From the sequence record SRR22947727_223: DNA of 46,281 nucleotides. One strand, written 5' to 3'. Each line of letters opens with the position of its first letter. The first letter of the stretch is position 1. Position numbers and translations under genes: made by a program. Positions 1 through 9,514 of the stretch are shown here, piece after piece. The notes beneath the pieces were generated by a model. It was not told the DNA's origin, searched no databases, and saw only the letters and a list, made by a program, of their open reading frames with translations.

Positions 1-134
1 TGAGGAGCCAGTGATTGTCTTCTACCTGTCTGTGGATTTCTACCCATTCCCATACCACCCATACCAAATTGCGAAAAGGCTTCTGTACTTAAAGAAGTGA
101 TTAAAATCAATAAAAGGGTTTTAATTGCTTTCAT
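1..134 (-). CDS. Secreted hypothetical protein, N-terminal part only (runs off the window)
   Basis: Manual translation from ATG 134: MKAIKTLLLILITSLSTEAFSQFGMGGMGMGRNPQTGRRQSLAP..., open to the window edge. Sec signal peptide with AFS/Q cleavage, typical of Bacteroidota. Confidence 0.65.
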   Translation of the reverse strand, partial: MKAIKTLLLILITSLSTEAFSQFGMGGMGMGRNPQTGRRQSLAP

Positions 135-205
135 AGTGATGTTTGTTAGATTTTAAAATTAGACCTTGGTTTAGTCTCAAAAAGTTAAAGGTTTGTTAAA
201 ACAAT

Positions 206-1307
206 TTATTCTGTTTCCTCGTTTTGTCCCATAAGCATTAAAAACCCTTTAAGGAATGGGTCTAAATGGCCATCTAAAACAGCGTCAACATCTCCAGTTT
301 CTGTGCCTGACCTCACGTCTTTAACCAGTTTATAAGGATGTAGCACATAATTTCTAATCTGAGACCCCCATTCAATTTTCATTTTGGAAGATTCTATCTC
401 AGACCGTGCTTCTTGCCTTTTTCTGAGCTCAATTTCATACAACTGAGATTTGAGGAGTTTCATGGCATTTTCCCTATTGTCTAATTGAGAACGTGTTTCT
501 GAATTGTGAATAATAATACCAGTAGGGTGGTGGGTTAAGATCACCTTTGTTTCTACTTTGTTGACATTCTGACCACCCGCGCCTCCAGACCTTGCGAAGG
601 CCCAAGAAATATCTGCAGGGTTTATGACAATTTCAATGGAGTCATCAATAAGCGGATACACATATACAGAGGCAAATGAGGTGTGTCTTTTGGAGTTGCT
701 GTCAAAGGGTGAAATACGGACCAACCTATGGACCCCATTTTCTCCTTTTAGCCAACCAAAAGCAAAATCGCCTTCAATACCAAGGGTCACAGTCTTAACT
801 CCAGCAACATCTCCCTCTTGATAATTGAGTTCTTTAATTTTAAAGCCTGCTTTTTGACTCCACATCATATACATGCGCATGAGCATGGCAGCCCAGTCAC
901 AACTTTCCGTTCCACCAGCACCAGCGGTAATTTGCAGAACAGCAGAGAGGTTGTCGCCTTCTTCCGAAAGCATGTTTCTAAACTCCAGGTCTTCTAAAAC
1001 ATCCAAAGTATTTTGGTAGGCTATTTTTAATTCATCTTCCGTGATTTCCCCTGCATCTGCAAACTCCATCATAACCGCTAAGTCTTCAATGAGTGCTTTG
1101 GCTTTTTCATAACCTTGTACCCATATTTTCTTTGATTGTATGAATTTGAGGTGTGCTTGTGCTTTCTGTGGTTGGTCCCAAAAGTCAGGTGCGAGGGTCT
1201 TTTCTTCCTCGTTTTCTATTTCAATGCGCTTGGCATCTACGTCAAAGATACCTCCTTAACGCACCAAGGCGATCTAAAAGACCTTTATATTGATCTGTAG
1301 TGAGCAT
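206..1307 (-). CDS. prfB: Peptide chain release factor 2, translated through a +1 programmed frameshift (about 366 aa)
   Basis: GGQ motif ([14 protein letters not shown]) and the RF2 SPF anticodon mimic (RISPFD). A short first [24 protein letters not shown] (ATG 1307) joins the main frame at CTT-TGA-C; GAC at 1243 is in frame with ORF 206..1072. Confidence 0.97.
1241..1256 (-). promoter_or_regulatory. prfB +1 frameshift cassette AGGAGG-TAT-CTT-TGA-C
   Basis: Minus strand reads AGGAGGTATCTTTGAC: internal SD-like sequence, slippery CTT-T and the UGA-C stop. Confidence 0.96.
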
Positions 1308-1322
1308 AGTAATCATTTTGAG

Positions 1323-1330
1323 CAAAAATA
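1323..1330 (-). promoter_or_regulatory. Bacteroidota sigma-A -7 element for prfB
   Basis: TATTTTTG (TAnnTTTG consensus) 15 nt upstream of ATG 1307. Confidence 0.6.
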
Positions 1331-1438
1331 CTATTTACCCTTGGTTGTACCATCAATTTTAGTAAATTTAGTTTTTACTTAATTTAAGGCCTTTCCAGGC
1401 CGATGTCTCTTTTATTAACCGCCTTAAAAACCAATCTT

Positions 1439-3835
1439 ATGCGTGTTTTTCTTTCCTTTTGCTGCTTGGCTATGAGTAGTTTTGTTTTTGGTCAACTCAA
1501 TTTAAACAAGACCCAATTTCAAAAATTCGATGGCTATTTCCCCTTTTATTATGACAATGACTCAGGTAAAATTTACCTAGAGGTAACGGAATTAGACAAA
1601 GAGTTTCTTTATATAAATTCTTTAAGTAGTGGTATTGGCAGTAATGATATTGGTTTAGATAGAGGTCAATTGGGCGGAGAGCGGGTAGTTTCCTTCAAGA
1701 AAATGGCCAATAAGCTCATGCTTATTCAGCCCAACCTTCAATATAGGGCCCTTACAGACAATGCCCTGGAAAAGGAATCTGTTAAGCAGGCTTTTGCTTC
1801 TTCTGTATTATTTGGTTTCCCTATTGAAAGCATATCTAACGGTAAATATATTATAGATATTACTGATTTTTTAATGCAAGATGCCCATGGTGTGAGCGAT
1901 CGTTTACAACAATCGAATCAGGGAAGTTTTACTTTAGATAAATCCAAAAGTGCTATGAATATGGCACGCACAAAAGCTTTTCCAAAAAATATTGAAATAG
2001 ATGTTATGCTCACCTTTAAGGGAAAAGCCAAAGGAAGCTATTTAAGGTCTGTGGTGCCTAGTCCAGACCTTGTGACTGTAGCACAACACCATTCATTTGT
2101 GGCCTTACCTGAATTGGATTTTGAAAAAAGAAAGTACGATCCTAGGTCTGGAGCGTACTCCTTTTCTTATTTAGATTATGCCACAGCTGTGAGTAGCCCT
2201 ATTGAAAAAAGATATATAGCCAGACATAGATTGGAAAAAAAAGACCCCAATGCTTCAGTGAGTGAAGCAGTTGAGCCTATTATTTATTATTTAGACAATG
2301 GGACTCCAGAACCAGTAAGAACAGCACTTTTAGAGGGAGGTAGATGGTGGAATCAGGCTTTTGAAGCCATAGGATACAAAGATGCTTTTCAAGTAAAAAT
2401 GTTGCCTGAAGACGCAGATCCTTTAGATGTAAGATACAATGTCATTCAATGGATTCACAGGTCTACTAGAGGTTGGAGTTATGGCAGTAACGTCTCGGAT
2501 CCTCGAACTGGAGAAATTTTAAAAGGACATGTGAGTCTCGGAAGTTTAAGAATTAGACAAGACTTTATGATTGCACAAGCGCTCAGTAAAGAACCCTTTA
2601 AAGATGGAGATGAAAACCACCAAGGCATGTTAGCTATGGCTGTTTCTCGAATCAGACAATTGTCTGCCCATGAAATTGGCCACACTTTAGGTTTTATGCA
2701 CAATTTTGCTGCAAGTGCACACCAAAAAGCCTCTGTAATGGATTACCCACACCCTCAATTCGAGCTTAAAGAAGGTGAAGTATCTTTTTCTAATGCTTAT
2801 GAAACGGGAATTGGGTCTTGGGATAAGGTAAGTGTTGCCTATTCCTACAGTGATTTTCCAGACAGTGTAAAAGATGAGCAAGCTGCTTTGAATGCTATTT
2901 TGGAAGCGGCATCGGCTGAAGGCCAAAAATACTTATCAGATTCAGATGCAAGACCAGCTGGTAGTGCCAGTGCTTTTGCCCACCTTTGGGACAATGGCGC
3001 TACTGCTGCTCAGGGATTAAATGACGTTTTGGAGGTGCGTTCTAAAGCGATTGATCAGTTTGGTATTCATAATATTCGCCAAGGAGAACCACTTTCTGTA
3101 TTAGAAGATGTGTTTGTGCCTTTGTATTTTTTTCATCGCTATCAGGCAGAGGCAGCCGCTAAAGTCATTGGTGGAATTGATTATAGCTACCAAGTAAAAG
3201 GGAGCAATCAGTCAGATGCTTATACCATTGCTGCCAAAGACCAAAAAGAAGCGCTAAGGACTTTATTACGTACTTTAAACGCTGCTGAAATGGCTATTCC
3301 GGAAGAAAAATTAACATTATTCCCTCCGAGATCTCCTTCTTATAATAGTGGTAGAGAATCTTTTAAAGGAAAAACAGGTGTGACATTTGACCCTTTATCT
3401 GCACCTGAAACTGCTGCAGACGTGACTTTAGGATTTTTGTTACACCCACAGCGGGCTACTAGATTAATTCAGCAAAAGGCGCTAGACAACAGTCAGCTAG
3501 ACTTACAGGCTGTGTTGTCTGCTTTATGGAAGGGCACTATTTGCCTAAAACACAAGGATAATTATATTCAAAATGTGCAGTTGAATATTAACTTTAGGGT
3601 GTTTACGCATTTATTGAATTTGGCCCAGCAAGAAATGGTGCATCCTCAAGTAAACGCAGTAGTTCATTCCTTTTTAAAAGAAAAGGCGGGCACATTATCG
3701 GTCTCTAAAGATTTATATGACCAAGAATTATTCAGAAGGTATGCCGCCTTCTTGAAATCTCCTGAGAACTTTAAAGTAATTCCTGCGCCAACAGTACCTG
3801 ATGGGTCTCCAATAGGAATGAATTGCTCTTTTTAA
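1439..3835 (+). CDS. Secreted zinc-dependent metalloprotease (EcxA/DUF4953-DUF5117-like)
   Basis: Metzincin motif HEIGHTLGFMHN with SVMDY Met-turn. Signal peptide MRVFLSFCCLAMSSFVFG/Q suggests a start at 1439 (ORF track gives 1403). Confidence 0.85.
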   Translation: MRVFLSFCCLAMSSFVFGQLNLNKTQFQKFDGYFPFYYDNDSGKIYLEVTELDKEFLYINSLSSGIGSNDIGLDRGQLGGERVVSFKKMANKLMLIQPNLQYRALTDNALEKESVKQAFASSVLFGFPIESISNGKYIIDITDFLMQDAHGVSDRLQQSNQGSFTLDKSKSAMNMARTKAFPKNIEIDVMLTFKGKAKGSYLRSVVPSPDLVTVAQHHSFVALPELDFEKRKYDPRSGAYSFSYLDYATAVSSPIEKRYIARHRLEKKDPNASVSEAVEPIIYYLDNGTPEPVRTALLEGGRWWNQAFEAIGYKDAFQVKMLPEDADPLDVRYNVIQWIHRSTRGWSYGSNVSDPRTGEILKGHVSLGSLRIRQDFMIAQALSKEPFKDGDENHQGMLAMAVSRIRQLSAHEIGHTLGFMHNFAASAHQKASVMDYPHPQFELKEGEVSFSNAYETGIGSWDKVSVAYSYSDFPDSVKDEQAALNAILEAASAEGQKYLSDSDARPAGSASAFAHLWDNGATAAQGLNDVLEVRSKAIDQFGIHNIRQGEPLSVLEDVFVPLYFFHRYQAEAAAKVIGGIDYSYQVKGSNQSDAYTIAAKDQKEALRTLLRTLNAAEMAIPEEKLTLFPPRSPSYNSGRESFKGKTGVTFDPLSAPETAADVTLGFLLHPQRATRLIQQKALDNSQLDLQAVLSALWKGTICLKHKDNYIQNVQLNINFRVFTHLLNLAQQEMVHPQVNAVVHSFLKEKAGTLSVSKDLYDQELFRRYAAFLKSPENFKVIPAPTVPDGSPIGMNCSF

Positions 3836-3845
3836 GCCTTGATTT

Positions 3846-4868
3846 ATGGAAATTAATTTAATCAGTGATACGGTTACTACGCCAACCAAAGGGATGTTGG
3901 CGGCCATGATGTCTGCTAAAGTTGGAGATGACGTTTTTAAAGAAGATGCTACAGTAAATGCCCTTGAAGAAAAAACAGCTGCCCTATTTGGTATGGAAGC
4001 TGCTTTGTTTTTTCCCTCTGGTACTATGGCCAATCAGACAGCTATTAAAGTGCACACACAGCCGGGAGAACAACTGATCTGTGATCATTATGCACATATT
4101 TTTAATTATGAGGGTGGGGGAGTGAGCTTTAATTCAGGCGTGTCTTGTAAACTGATTGCTGGCCAAAGGGGCATGATTACAGCAAAGCAAGTTAAGGCTG
4201 CCATTAATCCTCCTGACTTTTACCACAGCCCCTTAACTACCTTGGTTTGTTTAGAGAATACAACCAATAAAGGAGGCGGTGCTATTTGGGACATAAATGA
4301 AATGAAAGCGATTAAAGAAGTTTGTACCTCTAACGGGCTTAAATTTCATCTAGATGGTGCAAGAATTTGGAACGCACTCGCTGTGACTGGAGAAGATCCT
4401 AAACTTTACGGTAACTTATTTGACTCCATTAGTGTCTGTCTGTCTAAAGGTTTAGGCTGTCCCGTAGGTTCTGTGTTATTAGGATCTAAAGATTTTATAG
4501 CCAAAGCACTTAGGGTTAGAAAGGTATTTGGGGGTGGAATGAGACAAGCTGGTTTCTTAGCTGCTGCAGGTATTTATGCCTTAGACCATCACAGAGAAAG
4601 ACTCAAAGAAGACCATAAAAAAGCCAAAGAGATTGAAGCAATCTTATCTAAGAAAGACTTTATTTCTTCCGTATCTCCTGTAGATACTAATATCATTATT
4701 TTTGAGCTCAAAGAGTCTGTGTTAGATGCCCAGGCATTTATGGATAAAATGAATGAAAATAACATTAGATTAATCTCAATGGGATCAGGAAAGTTACGAT
4801 TGGTGACCCACCTTAATTACACCGATGAGATGCACAGCCGTTTATTGTCAATTTTAAATGGTTTTTAA
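3846..4868 (+). CDS. ltaE: Low-specificity L-threonine aldolase
   Basis: Motifs SDTVT, VGDDVF, PSGTMANQ, HLDGARIWN and PLP lysine CLSKGLG. Confidence 0.92.
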   Translation: MEINLISDTVTTPTKGMLAAMMSAKVGDDVFKEDATVNALEEKTAALFGMEAALFFPSGTMANQTAIKVHTQPGEQLICDHYAHIFNYEGGGVSFNSGVSCKLIAGQRGMITAKQVKAAINPPDFYHSPLTTLVCLENTTNKGGGAIWDINEMKAIKEVCTSNGLKFHLDGARIWNALAVTGEDPKLYGNLFDSISVCLSKGLGCPVGSVLLGSKDFIAKALRVRKVFGGGMRQAGFLAAAGIYALDHHRERLKEDHKKAKEIEAILSKKDFISSVSPVDTNIIIFELKESVLDAQAFMDKMNENNIRLISMGSGKLRLVTHLNYTDEMHSRLLSILNGF

Positions 4869-4902
4869 CCCACATTATTCATAAGTCCAATTATTTATTG
4901 GG

Positions 4903-4910
4903 TATTTTTG
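4903..4910 (+). promoter_or_regulatory. -7 promoter element for ptrB
   Basis: TATTTTTG 19 nt upstream of ATG 4930. Confidence 0.55.
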
Positions 4911-4929
4911 TGGCCTTAAATTTTTTGAC

Positions 4930-6984
4930 ATGACTTTTCCTAATACGCCTCAGGCACCAAAGAAAAATAAAACCCTCTCACATTTAGGTTACGAAAGAGT
5001 AGATCCATATTTCTGGATGAATGAAAGAGATGTCCCAGAGGTACTCAACTACCTTAAAGCGGAAAACAACTATTACGATCAGGCTACAGCCCACACAAAA
5101 GATTTTCAAGACCGTCTTTTTGAGGAAATGAAGTCTAGGATAAAGGAAGACGACAGTTCAGTGCCCTATAAGCACAATGGATATTGGTATATCACCAAAT
5201 ATGAGCTAGGAAAAGAATACCCCATTTACACCCGTAAAAAAGACCATTTGTCTGCACAAGAAGAATTGCTGTTAGACTGTAATGTATTAGCAGAAAACTA
5301 TGAGTATTTCAGCCTGGGAGGTTTCTCTGTAAGTCCAGACAATACTTTATGTGTTTTTTCTACAGACACAGTGTCTAGAAGACAGTACACTTTGCATGTT
5401 AAAAATATAATTACTGGTGCGCTGTTAACAGACAGAATTGAGAATACGACAGGAAGTGCTAGTTGGGCTGCAGACAACAAAACATTTTTCTATACATCTA
5501 AAAACGAAAATACCTTACGTTCAGAGGCAATATATAGGCATAAGTTAGGAGATGTCAGTGAAGATGTGAAGATTTATGAAGAGTTAGATGAAACTTTTAA
5601 TGCATATGTTTTTAAAACCAAAAGCAAGAAATATATTGTCATTGGATCTTCTAGTACTTTAACAACGGAATACAGCATATTTCCAGCAGACCAGCCAGAA
5701 GCTACCCCCGTTGTTTTTAGCCCTCGAACGAGAGGTTTAGAATATGATTTAAACCATTATGGAGATCACTTTTATATATTGACCAATAAAGATGAAGCGA
5801 TTAATTTTAAGGTCATGAAAGTTAATGAATCTAACACCCATATGTCTCATTGGGAGGATTTTATACCCCACAGACCTAAAGTGTTACTTGAAGACATTAC
5901 TATTTTTAAAAACTATTATATACTCTCAGAGAGGCGTCACGGTTTAAGTTGTATTCAGATTGTTCCATGGGATACTACTATACCACCTCACTACCTGCCT
6001 TTTGACAATGAAACCTACACTGCTTATGTAGGAACAAATCCAGATTTTGACTCAGAAATTTTACGTTTTGGATACAATAGCATGACTACACCTGCTAGTG
6101 TATATGATTATAATATGGCCACTAGGTCAAAGGAACTTTTAAAGCAACAAGAAGTTTTAGGAGGAAATTTTAAAGAGGATAATTATGCTTCTCAAAGGGT
6201 TTGGGCCACTGCTAAAGACGGTGTAAAGGTCCCTATTTCGTTGGTGTACCGCAAAGACACCCCTTTGGATGGAAGCAGTCCTTTGTTACAGTACGGATAT
6301 GGATCTTATGGGCATACTTCTGACCCTTATTTCTCTACTGTGAGACTTAGTCTGTTGGACCGAGGCTTTGTGTATGCTATTGCGCATATTAGAGGTGGTG
6401 AATACTTGGGAAGACCTTGGTATGATGACGGTAAATTGCTTAGTAAGCGCAATACTTTTACAGATTTTATAGCCTGTTCTGAATTTTTAATTTCAGAAAA
6501 ATTCACTGCTGCTAAGGGTTTGTTCGCCTATGGCGGATCTGCTGGAGGACTATTAATGGGTGCTGTGATGAATATGGCCCCACACTTATACAAAGGAATT
6601 ATAGCAAGTGTACCATTTGTAGACGTTGTCACTACCATGCTAGACAGTAGTATTCCCCTGACTACAGGGGAGTATGACGAATGGGGTAATCCTAATGAAG
6701 AAAATTATTACAATTATATGATGTCTTATTCTCCATATGACAATGTTAAGCCACAAGACTATCCGAATACATTAGTTATCACAGGCTATCATGATTCACA
6801 AGTACAGTATTGGGAGCCAGCCAAATGGGTGGCAAAATTAAGGGATTTAAAAACCGACCATAATATATTGTTATTTAATACTAATATGGAGGCAGGACAT
6901 TCAGGCGCTTCAGGTAGGTTTGAGGCATTGAAAGAAGTTGCCAAAGAATATGCCTTTATTTTAGATTTGGCTCAGAAAATCTAA
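4930..6984 (+). CDS. ptrB: Oligopeptidase B (S9A, protease II)
   Basis: DPYFWM, GGSAGGLL (catalytic Ser), HDSQVQYWEPAKW (Asp) and AGHSG (His); 684 aa. Confidence 0.93.
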   Translation: MTFPNTPQAPKKNKTLSHLGYERVDPYFWMNERDVPEVLNYLKAENNYYDQATAHTKDFQDRLFEEMKSRIKEDDSSVPYKHNGYWYITKYELGKEYPIYTRKKDHLSAQEELLLDCNVLAENYEYFSLGGFSVSPDNTLCVFSTDTVSRRQYTLHVKNIITGALLTDRIENTTGSASWAADNKTFFYTSKNENTLRSEAIYRHKLGDVSEDVKIYEELDETFNAYVFKTKSKKYIVIGSSSTLTTEYSIFPADQPEATPVVFSPRTRGLEYDLNHYGDHFYILTNKDEAINFKVMKVNESNTHMSHWEDFIPHRPKVLLEDITIFKNYYILSERRHGLSCIQIVPWDTTIPPHYLPFDNETYTAYVGTNPDFDSEILRFGYNSMTTPASVYDYNMATRSKELLKQQEVLGGNFKEDNYASQRVWATAKDGVKVPISLVYRKDTPLDGSSPLLQYGYGSYGHTSDPYFSTVRLSLLDRGFVYAIAHIRGGEYLGRPWYDDGKLLSKRNTFTDFIACSEFLISEKFTAAKGLFAYGGSAGGLLMGAVMNMAPHLYKGIIASVPFVDVVTTMLDSSIPLTTGEYDEWGNPNEENYYNYMMSYSPYDNVKPQDYPNTLVITGYHDSQVQYWEPAKWVAKLRDLKTDHNILLFNTNMEAGHSGASGRFEALKEVAKEYAFILDLAQKI

Positions 6985-6999
6985 GTTAAAAAAAAACAT

Positions 7000-7007
7000 T
7001 AAATTTG
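7000..7007 (+). promoter_or_regulatory. -7 promoter element for the cysteine-synthase-family gene
   Basis: TAAATTTG in the 64-nt intergenic gap. Confidence 0.55.
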
Positions 7008-7048
7008 CTGTGTATTTTTACTAGAATACCTGAATCAAAAACAGTTAC

Positions 7049-8092
7049 ATGCATAAAAAGATACATGCTCACAACAGTATCCTGCCCCTTATAGGAAAAA
7101 CACCGCTTGTACAACTTCAAAAAACCGTTAGTGGTTTTGATGGCGAATTTTACGCCAAATTAGAAGCTTTTAATCCCGGCCATTCTGCTAAAGATAGAAT
7201 TGCATACCATATTATTACTATAGCAGAGGAAAAGGGTTTATTGAATCCAGGAGACACTATTATAGAAACTACCTCAGGAAATACAGGATTTAGCGTGGCT
7301 ATGGTGAGTGCTATAAAAGGCTATAAATGTATTTTAGCAGTGAGTTCTAAATCTTCTCCAGATAAGATAGACATGTTAAGGGCTATGGGTGCTGAGGTTC
7401 ATGTTTGCCCAGCCCACGTTAGCGCAGACGATCCAAGATCTTATTACGAGGTAGCAAAGACCATTCACAATAACACCCCAAATTCTATTTATATTAACCA
7501 GTATTTTAACAGCCTTAATACAGAGGCTCATTACCGCAGTACGGGTCCAGAAATATGGGAAGACACCAATGGGCAAATCACTCATTTGGTAGCTTGTAGC
7601 GGGACTGGGGGAACTATTTCTGGGACGGCTCAGTTTTTAAAAGAGCAGAATCCGGCTATTAAAGTGATTGGAATAGATGCATACGGGTCTATTTTAAAAG
7701 GCTATCATGAGACTGGTGAAATTAATCCAGAAGACATTTTCCCTTATAGGATAGAAGGCTTAGGGAAAAACCTAATCCCCACAGCCACTGATTTTAATGC
7801 CATTGATTATTTTATAAAAGTGACCGATCATGAAAGTGCCCACACAGCAAGGGAAATTTCTAAAACGGAAGGTATTTTCGCAGGATACACCTCTGGTGCA
7901 GCCCTTCAAGGTGTTAAACAACTTCAAGCTTCCGGTACCTTTGATAAAAATGCTAAGGTTGTTGTGATATTTCCTGATCACGGATCAAAATATATGAGTA
8001 AAATTTACTCTGACGAGTGGATGTCTGCACAAGGCTTCCTAGAGGAGCCACATGTATTGAAAGAACAAAAGACCACACTGCAGTCCCCTTAA
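7049..8092 (+). CDS. PLP-dependent cysteine synthase/CBS-family enzyme; probable cysteate synthase (CapA-like)
   Basis: NPGHSAKDR (PLP Lys), [14 protein letters not shown]; no C-terminal CBS domains. The specific call comes from its position directly upstream of a cysteate acyltransferase-like gene. Confidence 0.75.
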   Translation: MHKKIHAHNSILPLIGKTPLVQLQKTVSGFDGEFYAKLEAFNPGHSAKDRIAYHIITIAEEKGLLNPGDTIIETTSGNTGFSVAMVSAIKGYKCILAVSSKSSPDKIDMLRAMGAEVHVCPAHVSADDPRSYYEVAKTIHNNTPNSIYINQYFNSLNTEAHYRSTGPEIWEDTNGQITHLVACSGTGGTISGTAQFLKEQNPAIKVIGIDAYGSILKGYHETGEINPEDIFPYRIEGLGKNLIPTATDFNAIDYFIKVTDHESAHTAREISKTEGIFAGYTSGAALQGVKQLQASGTFDKNAKVVVIFPDHGSKYMSKIYSDEWMSAQGFLEEPHVLKEQKTTLQSP

Positions 8093-8161
8093 ACCATAAT
8101 TAAATTTAATTAAGTACAGACACAGGCGCTAAATAATTGGGCTGTCTTGTGAAAAATTAAT

Positions 8162-8169
8162 TACTTTTG
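8162..8169 (+). promoter_or_regulatory. -7 promoter element for the AOS-family gene
   Basis: TACTTTTG 19 nt upstream of ATG 8189. Confidence 0.55.
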
Positions 8170-8188
8170 TAGCTAGAAAAAAACACGC

Positions 8189-9448
8189 ATGAGAGATCTT
8201 TTCGAAAGAATTAAAGAAAATAAAGGCCCATTAGGAAAATGGGCTTCACAGGCAGAAGGTTATTTTGTATTTCCTAAGCTAGAGGGACCTATTTCCAATA
8301 GAATGTCTTTCAGAGGAAAAGAAGTCATTACCTGGAGTATCAATGATTATTTGGGTTTGGCTAATTTACCAGAGATTAAAGCAGTAGATGGTGCTGCAGC
8401 GCTAGAACATGGTGCTGCTTATCCTATGGGGGCTAGAATGATGAGTGGTCACACTGACTTTCACGAGCAATTACAAAATGAATTGGCTGAATTTGTAGAA
8501 AAAGAAGCCACTTATCTTTTAAATTTCGGTTATCAGGGTATTATGTCTACTATAGACGCCTTGGTTTCCAAGGACGACATTATAGTGTATGATGTAGACG
8601 CTCACGCTTGTATCATAGATGGGGTTCGCTTGCACATGGGTAAAAGATTTACTTTCAAGCACAACGATATTGAGAGTTTAGAAAAGAATTTAGAGCGTGC
8701 TACAAAGATGGCAGAACAAACTGGTGGAGGAATCTTAGTGATTTCAGAAGGTGTGTTTGGTATGAGGGGAGAGCAAGGAAAGCTAAAAGAAATTGTAGCC
8801 CTTAAACAAAAATTCAACTTTAGATTATTAGTAGACGACGCCCACGGTTTTGGTACCCTAGGAAAGACAGGTGCTGGAGCAGGTGAAGAACAAGGCATAC
8901 AGGCAGACATAGATGTTTATTTCGCTACTTTCGCAAAATCTATGGCAGGTATTGGTGCATTTATTGCTGCAGACAAAGAAATTATTGACTATTTGAAATA
9001 TAACTTGCGTTCGCAAATGTTCGCGAAGTCGCTTCCAATGATTTACGTTAAAGGCGCTTTGAAGCGTTTAGATATGCTTAGAACCCAACCAGAGCTCAAG
9101 GAAAATTTATGGCGTAACGTAAATGCGTTGCAATCGGGTCTAAAAGCACAAGGCTTTGACATAGGTACTACCACTAGTTGTGTTACCCCTGTGTATTTGA
9201 ATGGAAGTATACCAGAGGCTATGGCCTTGGTAAAAGACCTTAGAGAAAACCATGGTATTTTCTGTTCTATAGTAGTATATCCTGTAATACCTAAAGGTTT
9301 AATTCTTTTGAGATTAATTCCAACTGCAACCCATACACAAGAAGATATAGACCTTACATTAACCGCTTTCTCCTCAATAAGAGAGCGTTTAGAGAATGGA
9401 ACGTATAAAAGACTTTCTGCAGCAGTGAGTGCTGCAATGGGAGAGTAA
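8189..9448 (+). CDS. Alpha-oxoamine synthase family; probable cysteate-C-fatty acyltransferase (SulA/CapB-like, sulfonolipid synthesis)
   Basis: NDYLGLAN, HACIIDG, VDDAHGFG and ATFAKS PLP-Lys motif. The N-terminus (GYFVFPKLEG) resembles, from memory, Bacteroidota cysteate acyltransferases more than BioF, Kbl or SPT. Confidence 0.8.
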   Translation: MRDLFERIKENKGPLGKWASQAEGYFVFPKLEGPISNRMSFRGKEVITWSINDYLGLANLPEIKAVDGAAALEHGAAYPMGARMMSGHTDFHEQLQNELAEFVEKEATYLLNFGYQGIMSTIDALVSKDDIIVYDVDAHACIIDGVRLHMGKRFTFKHNDIESLEKNLERATKMAEQTGGGILVISEGVFGMRGEQGKLKEIVALKQKFNFRLLVDDAHGFGTLGKTGAGAGEEQGIQADIDVYFATFAKSMAGIGAFIAADKEIIDYLKYNLRSQMFAKSLPMIYVKGALKRLDMLRTQPELKENLWRNVNALQSGLKAQGFDIGTTTSCVTPVYLNGSIPEAMALVKDLRENHGIFCSIVVYPVIPKGLILLRLIPTATHTQEDIDLTLTAFSSIRERLENGTYKRLSAAVSAAMGE

Positions 9449-9478
9449 TTATTTATATATTAGGAAGTGATTTTTCTA

Positions 9479-9514
9479 AAAAAAAGCCTGATAGGAAAAC
9501 TATCAGGCTTTTTT
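9479..9514. terminator. Bidirectional intrinsic terminator between convergent genes
   Basis: Perfect 10-bp stem AGCCTGATAG-gaaaa-CTATCAGGCT flanked by an A-run and a T-run. Confidence 0.85.

Noticed and set aside
206-1307. prfB as a pseudogene or sequencing error
   Set aside because: The in-frame stop sits in the canonical programmed frameshift cassette.
6988-6996. A9 tract upstream of the cysteate synthase-like promoter as a phase-variation switch
   Set aside because: Runs of 7-9 A/T are common throughout this AT-rich window and there is no evidence of length variation.
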